A stretch of 63,926 bases of DNA, filler included, from Octopus bimaculoides (Eukaryota): the NCBI RefSeq assembly GCF_001194135.2. It is 8 parts of 8 records of this genome, joined end to end, with 100 filler letters (N's around TTAATTAATTAA, not from the genome) between each part and the next. Parts side by side here need not be neighbours in the genome. Positions count along the whole stretch, not along the records: positions 22,068 to 25,727 come from NW_026437155.1; positions 25,828 to 37,514 come from NC_068993.1; positions 37,615 to 45,280 come from NC_069007.1; 5 more parts are not named here. One strand, given 5' to 3'. This document shows, piece after piece, positions 25,193 through 39,169 of this stretch. Position numbers and translations under genes: made by a program. The stretch's first letter is position 1. Each line of letters opens with the position of its first letter. The notes below the pieces were generated by a model. The model made no database searches, had not been told where the DNA came from, and saw nothing but the letters and a program-made list of their open reading frames with translations.

Positions 25193-25226
<34 letters not shown>

Positions 25227-25251
25227 TACATACATACGTATATATATACAT

Positions 25252-25284
<33 letters not shown>

Positions 25285-25651
25285 CATACATATGAATATA
25301 TACATATATATGCACACACATATACGTATAGATGTATATATACATATAATTTACACGTGTATATATGTATGTGTGTGTGTGTGTATGTATGTAAATACAA
25401 TCGTTGATGTGTACGTATTGGCGCTGATTTAATCAAACACACAGTAATTTAAAGGCCTATAATTACACACCACGAATGTGTATTATGTAACCAGTTAGAC
25501 AGATAGATGGATAGGGAGATAGATAGATCGATCGATAGATAGATAGATAGATAGATCGATCGATAGATAGATAAGGAGAGAGAGATGCAAACAGAAAGCT
25601 ATAATCAGAGATGTGTCGTTGTGTGTGTGTGTGTGTGTAGTGATAATCATC

Positions 25652-25684
<33 letters not shown>

Positions 25685-25727
25685 TCTATATGTATATATA
25701 TATATATATATATACGCATGTATATAT

Positions 25728-25827
25728 NNNNNNNNNNNNNNNNNNNNNNNNNNNNNNNNNNNNNNNNNNNNTTAATTAATTAANNNNNNNNNNNNNNNNN
25801 NNNNNNNNNNNNNNNNNNNNNNNNNNN
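25728..25827. other. Artificial scaffold join
   Basis: 44 N + TTAATTAATTAA (25772-83) + 44 N. Confidence 0.95.
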
Positions 25828-25854
25828 AAACACACATACATATATATATACATT

Positions 25855-26015
25855 TATACGACGGGCTTCTTTAAGTTTCCGTCTACCAAATCCACTCACA
25901 AGGCTTTGGTCGGCCCGAGGCTCTAGTAGAAGACATTTGCCCAAGGTGTCACGCAGTGAGACTGAACCCGGAACCATGTGGTTGGTAAGCGAGCTACTTA
26001 CCACACAGCCACACA
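25855..26015 (-). mobile_element. SINE family C head and core
   Basis: Reverse complement of the 37346-37514 sequence. Confidence 0.8.
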
Positions 26016-26194
26016 TATTTTTATGGTATGCATCTGTGTGTGTGTGTGTGTGTGTGCTTCACATTGTTATGTTTATATTTTGAAATCTGCATTCCTAGCG
26101 TAGTGCTTCTCCTTAGTTTCCGAACATCATTTGTTATGTGTTATGTCTTTACGTGTCATGCAACTTTTTATGTGACGTCGTATATCCACCCCCA

Positions 26195-26250
26195 CTCCAT
26201 CCACTCCACTCCACTCCACTCCACTCCACTCCACTCCACTCCACCCCACC
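26195..26250. repeat. (CACTC)n pentanucleotide repeat
   Basis: Direct observation. Confidence 0.9.
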
Positions 26251-27269
26251 ACACCCGCTGTGAATATATATATATATGCGTCGTCTGAAAGGGAGTATAA
26301 TTTGGTATTGTGAATTGTTCTGTGTCCTGGTAGTAAGAACGTTGCCTGAATTATTATTACGTGAATGGTGATAAAATCTTTTCTTTCAATAAATGTATAT
26401 TTAATACTGTAGCTGCCGTATTATAAAACACTCAATACTTGCTTGGTTCTCTTTGTTTTTTTTTGTTTTGTCTCTTCTTCACAAAATTTATTTTTAAAAT
26501 ATATTCTCTCCCGGCTTTTGACAACGACAATACAGACAGAACGATAGCATTTCCTGTCGTTATTATAGTTGTTGCTGTGACAGCGTTTCGCTTCCGGAAA
26601 ATTCATGTCAACTTCTGGATAGCTTGCAAATATTTTTTGATGAATTTGATGATTATTATGCTGTAACTGTATATTGAAGACTTTCTGAGACACATTCAAA
26701 TGTGCTTAGTGCCTACCTTATGCGTATTCGTAGCCATATTGTTTCCTGACGTTTTACGCACACGCTGTGAAAATTATTTATGATAAATGTGTGTATATTT
26801 TTTTCAACATGCTTCTCTAGTTCTATCTTCTTTTGTGGCATATTATATTCAATATTCCTTTATCTTGGATATTATTTTAAAGACTGTAGGGTAGTTGTGT
26901 AAGAAATATTTAGCTGCAAGTTTTTACAGGTTGAGCAGTCCTGCAGAGGCTTTCTCTCTGACTTAGAACATGCACACAAACACACACACACACACACACA
27001 AACACACAAGCTTGCACATTCCATTTGTGCATTTTTATATTATTCACAAACGTGTGGCAACGAAATATGTTTGTGTCCGTGTGTATTTGGAGACATAAAT
27101 AAACGTGTGTCTATATGTATGTGTACGTGTGTTTCTGTATGTGTATCTGTGTGAAGGTTTGTGTGTGCGCGCGTGTGTGTACGTGTCTGTGCGTGTGTGT
27201 GTGTGTGTGCGTATGTATTTGGGGACATAAATAAACGTGTCTATGAATGTGTGTACGTGTGTGTCTGTA

Positions 27270-27301
<32 letters not shown>

Positions 27302-27819
27302 CGTGTGTGTGTATGTATGTGTGTGTGTTGGTTTCTTTCTACAATGGTTTCATCTGTACATACGTATGTTTGCTTGTGCGTGAGTAAATAAATATATGTG
27401 AATTTTGTCTCTACATATAATTATTAATATTTTTCTTGTTATATTTTCATTGTTATCGCTTTTCTTACTATTAAGTATATTATTGCCTTGTTCCTGTCAG
27501 TGCTGTTATTGCTTCAGTTGTTGTTGCTGTTCTTGTTGTTGTAGATGTTGTTCTTGTTATTGTTGTTTTACCGTGAAAGACATGTCTTGTGGCATCTCTT
27601 CTTTGACTTGTTATAATATTTGTTTTCCTTTACGCAAGTTACATTTTGTTATCTATTCATCTTAACATATACATACACACACACGTGTATACGGCAAAGA
27701 AAACTGAGAGGGCGAGGAAGAGTGAAGGAATGGTAAGAAGGAAGAAAGGAAGAAAGCTTAATTTATATAAGGTTCTTTGTTGTTTCGTTTTGCCTTCACG
27801 GCACAAATTACGTTTCAAC

Positions 27820-27890
27820 ATGGCCGCCGTGGTGATCGTGGTGCGAGTTGTATATTGTATAACGCTGTTAGCCGATTTCCTCCTACAGAG
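27820..27890 (+). CDS. Candidate first coding exon, signal-peptide-like
   Basis: AACATGGCCGCC start context in a locally GC-richer patch; MAAVVIVVRVVYCITLLADFLLQ(R); donor AG/GTATGG. No downstream exon identified. Confidence 0.35.
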
Positions 27891-28460
27891 GTATGGCGAA
27901 AGAAATTACAATCCTCTCGCCTACTGGGAACAATTGTCCGTATTATCATTCAATATTTTGAACATTAACAGCAAAACCAACATCAAGGATTATATAAATA
28001 ATTATGATTTCTAACATCTAATAACAACTCAAGTCCGTACATTTTCTCGGGGATGGTGTAGTCGATAAAACTGACCCCAATACATCACTGATAGTCATGT
28101 TATTGACCCTGTAATGATTTAAGGAAAAGTCAACAACCGGCGGGATTCGAAAACAGAATCTAAAATGTCGTAACTAAACATCATCAGTTATTTAGTCGGA
28201 CGATTTACCGATTCTTTCAACCCCATAACATACCTGAATAATAATAAAAGCTATAGAGTGAGACTTGAACAATAGAGAAGACAAAAAGAGAAAACGTTGA
28301 TTATATGTCGACTTGTGCGATAATGATTGTACAAATATCAATAAACCAGCACCACCACCATATATAATTCATATTATATATATATACACACACAAACAAA
28401 CACACACACACTGATGCTGCACACACACTGATGCTGCACACACACGCGTGTGCACGCACA

Positions 28461-28492
<32 letters not shown>

Positions 28493-30324
28493 CTCTTTTA
28501 CTCTTTTACTTGTTTCAATCATTTGACTGCGGCCATACTGGAGCACCGCCACTCCGTGCCTATATGCTTATATATGCATATTTCTTAGGTCACAGAGTGA
28601 ATAAAGAGGCAATTGTCACGACTGGAAAGCTTATGATCATAAATCTGGTCACTTGGTGTTCTCTTGAAACTATAAATCAGACACGGGTTGTTGTTGTATT
28701 TAATAAAAACCCAAATATATATATTTTTTAATTGGTGAAATGAAAAATCCGCTGCGAAAACAGATTACGTTTCCAGTGAGCCGTAATGTGCGCAGACATG
28801 TCTAAAACTGAATGAATTGACTAAAGGAATAGAGACACATAGCCACATGTCAGCAAAGAATAAGGGATAATAATCTCCAGAGGATTATGTGAAGGGATAG
28901 GGGAAAATAACTTAACGTTCATATGTATGCCCCACAAATTAAATCTCCTTGAAAAAACCAAAAACGTGGAGAAAAGAATTTGAGGATTTAATTAAAATCG
29001 CTTTCATGTTGATTTTGCTCACGTCTAACTGCCTTGTCAGCCGGGACAGAGCAGATCTGTGATGAAAGGAATTCGAACTGTGTCTGCGCAATCGTTATCC
29101 ACGCATTGTTTACCTGAGACTGCGATATGTAGTATTTTCATTTGTTTAAGATAGTTAAGAGTGATTTCAGGAAAATGTAGCTGTTATTTCTGGCAGGCCA
29201 TAGAATTATGTAAATGTTGTGTTATTAGATCGTAATTAAAGAGATTCAACCTCACGTAAACCACGTGAGGTGATCGCTCACTTTTGATATTATTTTTTCC
29301 TTGAAGCAAACAAACGGAGACTACTACAGCTGTTTGCATTTTTGACGTGCAGACGTTAATGGATGAGGATAGCGACAGAATAATTGCGATGTTCCGATCA
29401 ATGTTTGGAAGAACTAACACGCAACTTGACTTAACATCATCACCTTGTCTTTGGGTGTCTTTTAGTTGAGTTTGACACTTTTTTTGAATATATAGACCAT
29501 CGCCCAGAATAATTGTGATATTTCAAAACAATGTTTGGCAGATCTAACACGCAACCAGATTTCGCATCACTACTTAGCCTTTGGATGTAGGTTAGCTGAG
29601 TTTGAAAACGTTTTTTAAGTATACAGACCATCGCCCCAACCCCGTTTTCCTCCCTCAAAACTGTTTCATCAATCTGAGAAGTCTAGCATCAGTCATGAAC
29701 TGTGCTTTTCCTCCTTTCCTCTTTCTTCTTACGAATACATTTTAAAAAAAGCAACAGTCTTTTCTATTCTAGGTACAAGGCCCGAAATATTTAGGGAGGG
29801 GTGCCAGTCGATTAGATCGACCCCAGTGTGTAACTGATACTTAATTTATCGACCCCGAACGATTGAAAGGCAAAGTTGACCTCGACGGAATTTGAACTCA
29901 GAGAGCGTAAAAACAGACGAAATACCTATTTCTGTATTGCCCACAAGAGGCTAAACATAGAGGGGATAAACAAGGACAGACAAACGGATTAAGTCGATTA
30001 CATCGACCCCAGTGCGTAACTGGTACTTAATTTATCGACACGAAAGACACGCAGAAAGAAATGGAAGCGAATAGCAATAGGTACAAGTCATACTGAATCG
30101 ATTCTGATTCAACCGGAAATAGAGAACCCTTGCTAGTTATACTAGTTTATGCCATTTGACTTTATTTTTTTTCTCCTTCCGTCATCGACACCCATCATGC
30201 CAATGGCCGTCACACGCTGTTTATATGCGTGGATTCTAACTTTCCAAACTTTTCTCAACGTGACGCTAACTATACTCTCGATGTCAATAGATATTCAGTT
30301 AGCACATTGTTTGAACAAAGTAAT

Positions 30325-30545
30325 ATTATTTTCTATTCTAGGCACAAGTTCCGAAAAATTTGGGAGAGGGGACCTGTCGATTAGATCGACCTCAGTAAGC
30401 AACTGGTTCTTAATTTATCGATCTGGAAAGGATAAAAGGCAAAGTCGATCTCGGCGGAATTTGAACTCAGAACACAAAGACAGGCGAAATACTGCTAGGT
30501 ATTTTACCCTCTGCGCTGACGTTTCTGCCAGCTCACCGCCTTCTG
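30325..30545 (-). mobile_element. SINE family D, near full-length copy
   Basis: Reverse complement aligns with 60068-60284. Confidence 0.75.
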
Positions 30546-30766
30546 AACAAAGTGATATTGTTGCTATATTGTGATCAATGTTTACACTTCGTTGCTGGAA
30601 TTTTATTTCCGTGTTTAGTATATACACATAAGCGCTTTCAAGAAGTCTTATTATTCCTTTAAATAAATGTCATGATATATTTTATTACTGGTACCAATGC
30701 TTCTCTCTACTTCTATTTCCATAGGCATTCACACATACACACAAATACCACAAAACACACACAGAC

Positions 30767-30799
<33 letters not shown>

Positions 30800-31173
30800 C
30801 AGACAAAGATACAAACAGTCAGATAGGTAGGGAGAGAGAGACAGAAAGAGAGACAGAGAGAGAGAAGGGAGAGAGAGAGGGGAGAGAGAGGNNNNNNNNN
30901 NGAGGGGGGGGGGAGAGAGAGAGAGAGAGAGATTATTTTAAAGCTATGTGGAAGGCTGCTAAAATGTAGATTCGGCTCTATGAAAATGAAAAAAATATGA
31001 GACGTTAATCAAGTTTTCGTCTTCAAAATAATTTTAGTTTTTATTATAAATATTTAAAACATGTCTAGCAACTAACAAAGTGTTTCTTTCTACTTCAGCA
31101 GACTAAAATAAAACCGAATATTTTTTATGAGGATTGATACATTTAGGGAGGAAAGCTTCATATATGTATATGC

Positions 31174-31217
<44 letters not shown>

Positions 31218-31446
31218 ATTGTGTATGTGTGGTCTGTGTGTGTATATATATGAGTATGTATCATTGTATCTGTTTGTCCCCCACCTCCTCTTGATAGTCG
31301 GTGTTAGTGTGTCTACGTCCTCGTAACTTAGCGATTCGGCAAAATGGCTCGATATGTAAGTCCTGAAGCTGATTTTTTTCGCCTAAAACCTTTCAAGCTG
31401 GTGCCCCAACTTGGCTGTTGTGAAATGTAACTGAAACACGTCAGAG

Positions 31447-31770
31447 TAAAGACGCCCTTCGGTCATGAACGACCATGGGATTGCACCTAGACAGTTCCGT
31501 TCTGCGCTACAAGTCCGAGCATGACTGTTTATGAAGACCAGCAGTCGCCCATGCATACCAGCATCCCCTCTCCAATGTTATCCAAGAGAAAGGCAAAGGT
31601 CGATGCAGCTTGGCATCAGTGATGTTGCAACTCCAGTTCTACAGCTGAGTGAAGTGGAGCAACGCGAAAATAAAGTGTTTTGCGCAAGACCGCAACACAC
31701 AGTCCTTTCCAGGAAACGAACTCACTGCTTCATGATTGTGAGCTCGATGCTCTACCAACTGAGTCACCGA
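31447..31770 (-). mobile_element. SINE family B copy
   Basis: Reverse complement aligns with 617-955. Confidence 0.75.
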
Positions 31771-33949
31771 GACAAGTAAAAAACGACGAAGCATAAAAGA
31801 TGTGTTTGTGAGTCCCAACTCTTTACCTCGAGGTCACGCGCTTCCATTGACTGTCCTTGGAAAGAGTAATAAATGCAAAGTGCTGTTGTTATATGGCCGT
31901 TTAATATTCATATCCCAAAACTTCGACAACATTTCATACAAGCAACAATTGTATAGACTTCAGAGATATGACAAAACGACTTGGAATAATCTATCCTTGA
32001 AGCAACAACGACAATCGCCACCACCACTCCCCAGCACTCTCTCTACCACTTCTCATGTCCCACTGATTCTCAGCTTTGTTGTTCGACAGGAAACCCCGCT
32101 GAAAAAATATAATACTTCGAAAGTTTTGTACATGATTTTTCGCTTTCATTTGTCGTTCTTCCAAATATTTTACAGTCAATAAAATGATTCTACACACATA
32201 CAATAAAAAAAAGGAAGAACAAGAAATTGTAATATACAAAGCTAGGCTGTTAAGCAAAATTACTATTTTCCATGTTTCAACCACGTATTCACAATATTCA
32301 CAATTTCTCGGCAGGCGTTTAAGGATTCATATAAGCTGTCTTAACTTAACAAAATACTTGACAAAAAAGCGATGTCATTTTCAATACATTCTGTGTAGTT
32401 TTCTTTATTACTATATACATTTTCAATCAAATACCTTCCTGTGTTTGGATTCTTTTATAATTTTTCAACAAATATTTACGTATCCCCACTTTTCTAGAAA
32501 ACGATTTTTGAAAAAATCAATAATTTTGGTAAATTTCATCAACGTTTTAGCATTTTATTTAATATGGTTATTATAGTTTGGAATGCGTTTAAGATTTGTA
32601 TTTTGTTTTACATTAATCGGGTATGCATTTATGTTTCTTTACGGAATTTAGTCAATTAAATCAGCCTTAGTATGTGACTCGTACACATTTAACTTTTCAC
32701 GGATAAATGAAAAGCAAATTTTTCTGCCAACTGAAATGATAGTACTTTAACAGAAGCACCAATAATTACAAAAACAGCAGCGCTTTTACGTAGCTAAAAT
32801 TGACATCAAACATTAAGTTACGATTTAATAATGGATTCCTATGAAAAAGAAACGTAGGATTTTGACTGTAATTTTTTTTTACAGCGAGCTAGTGTAAGTA
32901 AACAAGTAAAACAATGAAAGAACAATCAAGCATTTAGCATGATCTAATAATGGATTCCCATGAAACAAGAAAATTGAGATACTGAGTACAATTATTCACA
33001 GCAAGTTGGTATAGGCAAGCAACGGTGTTTCTGGGCTCGGACTGCAAGAATTAGTAACCAGTTCCCTGCAATTAGAGAGCATGCTCTTAAAGACAGAATT
33101 ATGTACATGATAATTCAGCTGATAAATTACACCCAGACAAATGGGTTCCCATTTGTATTAATTAACTTGTGTATAATTTGTACTTTGAATTTAACGTTAA
33201 CTCGTAGAATAAAATTTCTCTCCTTCCTAGATATAGCTCTGTTCCGTGTACAAGTCCTTGGGTCGATTTGTTCGACTAAAGGCGGTAATCCAGCATGGCC
33301 GCAGTCAAATGACTGAAACAATTAAAAGAATAAAAGAACGTGTTTCGCGATTTCTTGGAAAACATCATATAAGCTTTCTACAACATTTAATCTTGAGAAA
33401 CACTCGCTAAGACTCGCCGAGAGTGATGCAGGATGTCACGGGTTCGAAGAAATTATCTCAAAATTCGAGACTTAATCCGAAATCAAGCACCAGAATGGGT
33501 TCCGGTAAAGATTCACAAGGGCTAGGTAATGGTATTAAACTAAGTGCCGGATTATGTGAATCATTGGTTGACAAGTTAAGCGTATATTTTTCCGTTCAAC
33601 TGACTACATTTCGTGGATCAATGAGATGAGTTCAATTACGTTGTGGATGGAAAATTTGACATTTTGGAATTTTGCCCTTCGTAAAAGACTGAAATGAGGA
33701 GAGAAAGAAAGAAAGAGAGAAAGAAAGAGAGAAAGAGATAAAACAGTGTTGTCTAAAACTAAACAGGCATACACACGCATATATATATATATATGTATGT
33801 ATGTATAACAGGTATTACTCAGGGATGAGTGAAGGACGAAAATGAGTGGTTTGTGGCAAAAAACACTTGTTGCATGTTCATATATTTAAGAAGGGTGGGG
33901 GTGAATGATTACAGGATCATTAGTGACATGATAATGAGGAGAAAGCGGT

Positions 33950-34036
33950 TAAAGAGGAGGAGGAGAAGGTTAAAGAGGAGGTGGTGGAGAAAGAAGAGTA
34001 AGATGGTGGTGGTAGCGGTGTTTGGAGTTGTTGCTG

Positions 34037-34067
<31 letters not shown>

Positions 34068-34114
34068 AGGTAGTGGTGAATGACGAGGGTAATTACGATT
34101 AGAAGTAGTGGAGG

Positions 34115-34148
<34 letters not shown>

Positions 34149-34560
34149 AATGGAGGTGGTGGTAGTGGTGGTGGCGGTGGATTTCACGACAAGAAAATGC
34201 GGGGATGGGAAGAAATAATGAATTTTCAGTGAAAAGATGGCTGGGGTGAGGGCAGCAGTGCTCGTGAAGGTGATGATAGCGCTTGTGGTAGTGGTGGTGG
34301 TGGTTGTCGTAGTGCTGGTTGTAGTAGTAGTGGTGGCAGGAGTAGCGGCGATGGTTGTCGTGCCTGTTGTGATAATCGTGGTGGTGATGTAGGAAAAGGG
34401 ATTTGGGTGGTGATGGTGAGAATGTGGTATGGTGATACTAGAAGAACAAATGGCGGCGGCGGCGGTGGTGGTGGTGGGGATTATTGTTGTTGTTGGCGGT
34501 GGTGGTGGTGGTGGTGGGGAGATGGGTGTAGTTATGCTGGTAGTTGTGTTTTGGCTCATC
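33950..34560. repeat. Low-complexity mixed trinucleotide tract (GGT/GAT/GTT/GTA/GAG)
   Basis: Direct observation. Confidence 0.85.
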
Positions 34561-34873
34561 AAACGTAATGAAAATACGCAGTTTCAATCACAGCTTCTGG
34601 CGATATCAATGTGTTTTAAGCAGCGCAACAAACGAAGAAGACCTGACGTGGGTGTAATCGGATGAGAAAATATACAGGAGGTGAATCGCGTCTTTATATA
34701 TGCATATGTATACATACACAACATATATATGGGGAGGGGAGTTGTGTGTGTGTGTGTGTGTGTGTGTGTGAGCATTGTGTAAATTAAGAAATTATGCATG
34801 CATAAAATGCGTTATGTATATATATATATATATATGTATATATATGGAGAGAGAGTGAGTGAGAGAGAGAGAA

Positions 34874-34904
<31 letters not shown>

Positions 34905-34944
34905 AAGAGAGAGAGTGTGTGTGTGCGTATGACAGAGAGAGAGA

Positions 34945-34976
<32 letters not shown>

Positions 34977-35833
34977 NNNNNNNNNNNNNNNNNNNNNNNN
35001 NNNNNNNNNNNNNNNNNNNNNNNNNNNNNNNNNNNNNNNNNNNNNNNNNNNNNNNNNNNNNNNNNNNNNNNNNNNNNNNNNNNNNNNNNNNNNNNNNNNN
35101 NNNNNNNNNNNNNNNNNNNNNNNNNNNNNNNNNNNNNNNNNNNNNNNNNNNNNNNNNNNNNNNNNNNNNNNNNNNNNNNNNNNNNNNNNNNNNNNNNNNN
35201 NNNNNNNNNNNNNNNNNNNNNNNNNNNNNNNNNNNNNNNNNNNNNNNNNNNNNNNNNNNNNNNNNNNNNNNNNNNNNNNNNNNNNNNNNNNNNNNNNNNN
35301 NNNNNNNNNNNNNNNNNNNNNNNNNNNNNNNNNNNNNNNNNNNNNNNNNNNNNNNNNNNNNNNNNNNNNNNNNNNNNNNNNNNNNNNNNNNNNNNNNNNN
35401 NNNNNNNNNNNNNNNNNNNNNNNNNNNNNNNNNNNNNNNNNNNNNNNNNNNNNNNNNNNNNNNNNNNNNNNNNNNNNNNNNNNNNNNNNNNNNNNNNNNN
35501 NNNNNNNNNNNNNNNNNNNNNNNNNNNNNNNNNNNNNNNNNNNNNNNNNNNNNNNNNNNNNNNNNNNNNNNNNNNNNNNNNNNNNNNNNNNNNNNNNNNN
35601 NNNNNNNNNNNNNNNNNNNNTATATATATTTATTTACATGATATACGTGCGCTTGTGAGCACGCGCACTCACACACACTAGGCATACAAACTCACACAGA
35701 CAGGCGAAATTTCTAACAGGTCCGAAAAGTTAGCAATTCACAGGACAACACCTTTCACTTACAGCTTCTTAACCATTTTTCTTTAAGTTCCCCTTTCTCT
35801 CTCTCTGTCTCTCTGTCTCTCTCTCTGTCTCTA

Positions 35834-35866
<33 letters not shown>

Positions 35867-37345
35867 TCCTTTCTCTCTCCACTTTTGTCTCGTTAGCATA
35901 TTCCATGTGTGTGTGTGTCTGTGTGTGATTTAATATCGCTCCCGTCTTTCTCCGTATATCTATATCTACACAAGTGTCACTACAACAGCTTGACCCTAAC
36001 GGATCAATGGAGATTAACTTCTCCGTGTAAAAACCGTGTAAGCCATAGAGTTAAAAAAAATTGTGTGAGCCATGGATATAGAACAAAGACCAATACACCT
36101 AATCTAACACCTATGTTTCTCTTAGGCAGTCTGAGGCAATCGTTAACGAAACATACGAGCCATGGAGGCTGTACAGTGATCTTATTCTACAATGTAACAC
36201 CTACTTAATTCCAAGCCTTGCAAATGCAAGATGACAACAGCTCTTGGTAACTACGACAAACGGAATTACAACAAAACCTACTCACATTTCAGCGGGCTGG
36301 GGTGTTGATATCCAACCAAGACGTGGTCGCTATGGTTGCAAAACACATTACAGCGCGAAAGACACGAAATCATAGAAGCCAGTACTCATCAAGTAGTTTT
36401 ATGATAGCTACTCTATCATTCTCTCTTGTCTCAAATATCTATGACTGTGACAAAATGGGAGGAGATACCCATCCCTCATACCTTCACAAAAAAAAAGAAA
36501 AGCCGTGATAGTATTAGTCTTGGTCGCTTTTATAATAATACTGTTTATGTGCGACTCATCAATATCTTTATATTACCCAGTAAATATAATGCTCTCATTA
36601 TCTTCTAAAGTCTTTGCAAATATTAGAGAAGATCAGCGTCAATTGCATTCTCTCGTATATAAAGTTCAAGAAATGTATGTCTGTTACGTGATGCTCACCT
36701 AAGTGGTACCATTAAACGTTGCAAACTGTTTTTGCAAAGCGATCAGTCGAGCAATGAATTTGATTTTCGAATTGAATTACATAGTTAAAAAGCTGTTTTG
36801 TCTGGTTTTCCTTGATTGCTACATATTCATTTGGTTAAGAGCTTCTTGCACTAATAGAATCACAACTAACATCATCGTGATTACTATACTATTTCAATTT
36901 ATTAAGAGCTTCCACAAACGAGTATGGCGAACATAACTTCCACATATAACCACATAATACAGCGATATGCTGTTCTTCTAAACGACATTTAGACAATGGT
37001 TATCAGAGAGTCTTCAACCAATCTTCCAACAATTATTGCTTTCCTCAATTCGGTATTCAGCATTCCCAGCCAACTAACTGCCGTTAACTTGCCAAACTTC
37101 TTCCGTTAATCGAACAGTTTCAGACGAGTTTCTTATCAATTTGTCATCGATAAGCAAATCGAGTCAGTCGTTTTCTCATGACCAGACGTTTCCCTCAACA
37201 TGTGATCTGGTCTCACACGCACATATTCCAGTGCACACCATTGCGCACGTGCTCACATACATATAAACGCTCACATACATACGAACGCTCACAGTTACAC
37301 TCTCAGTCATACACACACAGACATTGATATATATATATGTACATT

Positions 37346-37514
37346 GGCGTAGAAGTGGCTGTGTGGTAAGTAGCTTGCTTACCAACCACATGGTTCCGGG
37401 TTCAGTCCCACTGCGTGGCACCTTGAGCAAGTGTCTTCTACCATAGCCTCGGGCCGACCAAAGCCTTGTGAGTGGATTTGGTAGACAGAAACTGAAAGAA
37501 GCCCGTCGTATATA
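37346..37514 (+). mobile_element. SINE family C head and core
   Basis: GTGGCTGTGTGGTAAG...GGTTCAGTCCC...gcaccttgagcaagtg; reverse copy at 25855-26015. Confidence 0.8.
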
Positions 37515-37614
37515 NNNNNNNNNNNNNNNNNNNNNNNNNNNNNNNNNNNNNNNNNNNNTTAATTAATTAANNNNNNNNNNNNNNNNNNNNNNNNNNNNNN
37601 NNNNNNNNNNNNNN
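37515..37614. other. Artificial scaffold join
   Basis: 44 N + TTAATTAATTAA (37559-70) + 44 N. Confidence 0.95.
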
Positions 37615-37671
<57 letters not shown>

Positions 37672-38630
37672 TACATACACACCCACATACATATATATCT
37701 ATATATACATACATATATATATAAAATTCAAAATTCAATAGAGTATTAGAATACAGCTTGCTATAACAGAGCTATCACTGTAAAGCCACAAATTACTGTT
37801 ATTAATGGTAATGTAATGTTGCACTAAACTGCCATGTAAGCATAAAATTTGACTAAAAATTACTTTTTATGTGATCTGAACTTTAATAAAGAACTTTAAA
37901 AAAATACTGGTCTGTTGTATTTGATGAATCTTTGACAATGCTTTATCATAACAGCCTGACTGTAATGACTAAAGAGTGAGTGAGTGAGTGAGTAAGTGTA
38001 TTGTGTGTGTGTGAGAGAGAGAGAGATAAAGAGAGTGTTGGTTGGTAAATAAATATAAAACAATTTGCGACTCAATAAATGAGTGCTATAATCACTAATC
38101 CAATAAATAGAATTATATTCCCCTTTAACCATTTCAATATGATCCTACCTGAAACCACCCTGGTATTAAATTGATTTTAATTAATATCCAATTTTTTACC
38201 CTACTGTTTTAATTTTAATTAATCATAACCACGTTCTCAAAGTTGGTATATTCGATGCGGAAACCATTTTCTGCAGAGATATTTCCAGATTTAGCGCACC
38301 AAAACAAAGACTTTTGAATCTTACCATAAATATAATTAACAGAACCATGTGCACGTTCTTCACTCGTGGGGAACAACTAGTATACAATTCTGGGAATTAT
38401 ATTTATTTGGCAGTACATACTGATGAGAAACAGATATTTTCGGTAAGGAAATATTAATCTTGAAACTGGTTTGCGGATAACATTGTATGTATTTATGTAA
38501 TTTTCACTTGTCTTGCCTGTATACGTTTTGTTGCTTTGCTAAATTTTTCTTTGAGAACAATTCGGTCTTAGTAGATGCATTACATGTGATCTTCTTCTAG
38601 CACATTAACAGTCCACCTAGTGGTCTCCTT

Positions 38631-38689
<59 letters not shown>

Positions 38690-38887
38690 GTGATTGTGTG
38701 TGTGTGAACACATATAAGAAGACCTTACTAGTTTTAATTTATCAAATACATTCCCAAGATTTTTATCTGCCTTGAACTATAGTAGACATTATGTGTTCAA
38801 GGTACCTTACAGTAAAATTGAACCTAAAACCACCTTGGTATACAAACGTCTTAGCCATACACCCATGCGTGCACCTTTTTTTTTTTT

Positions 38888-39093
38888 TTTTTTTCTACTC
38901 TAGGTACAAGGCCCGAAATTTTCGGGGAGGGGGCCTGTTGATTAGATCGACTCCAGTACACAATTGATAGTTAATTTAACAACCCCGAAAGGATGAAAGG
39001 CAAAGTCAACCTCAGCGGAATTTGAACTCAGAATATAAAGACTGCTAAGCATTTCATCTGGTGTACTAACGTTTCTGTCAGCTCGCCGCCTTA
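38888..39093 (-). mobile_element. SINE family D, near full-length copy
   Basis: Reverse complement aligns with 60068-60284. Confidence 0.75.
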
Positions 39094-39169
39094 ATGCCTG
39101 CACCTATTTATGAAATATTCTTCAGCTCAGATCAGACCTTGATGTCACCAATGCCATGGAAATCATTGT

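Noticed and set aside
33909-34562. 217-aa Thr/Pro/Ile-rich minus-strand ORF
   Set aside because: Low-complexity trinucleotide tract; no splice signals or domain recognised.
38414-38442. 29-nt micro-exon (ggcAG...CG/GTAAGG) that could join the actin-like exon in phase 2
   Set aside because: Weak polypyrimidine tract and no homology; such sites arise by chance in this much sequence.
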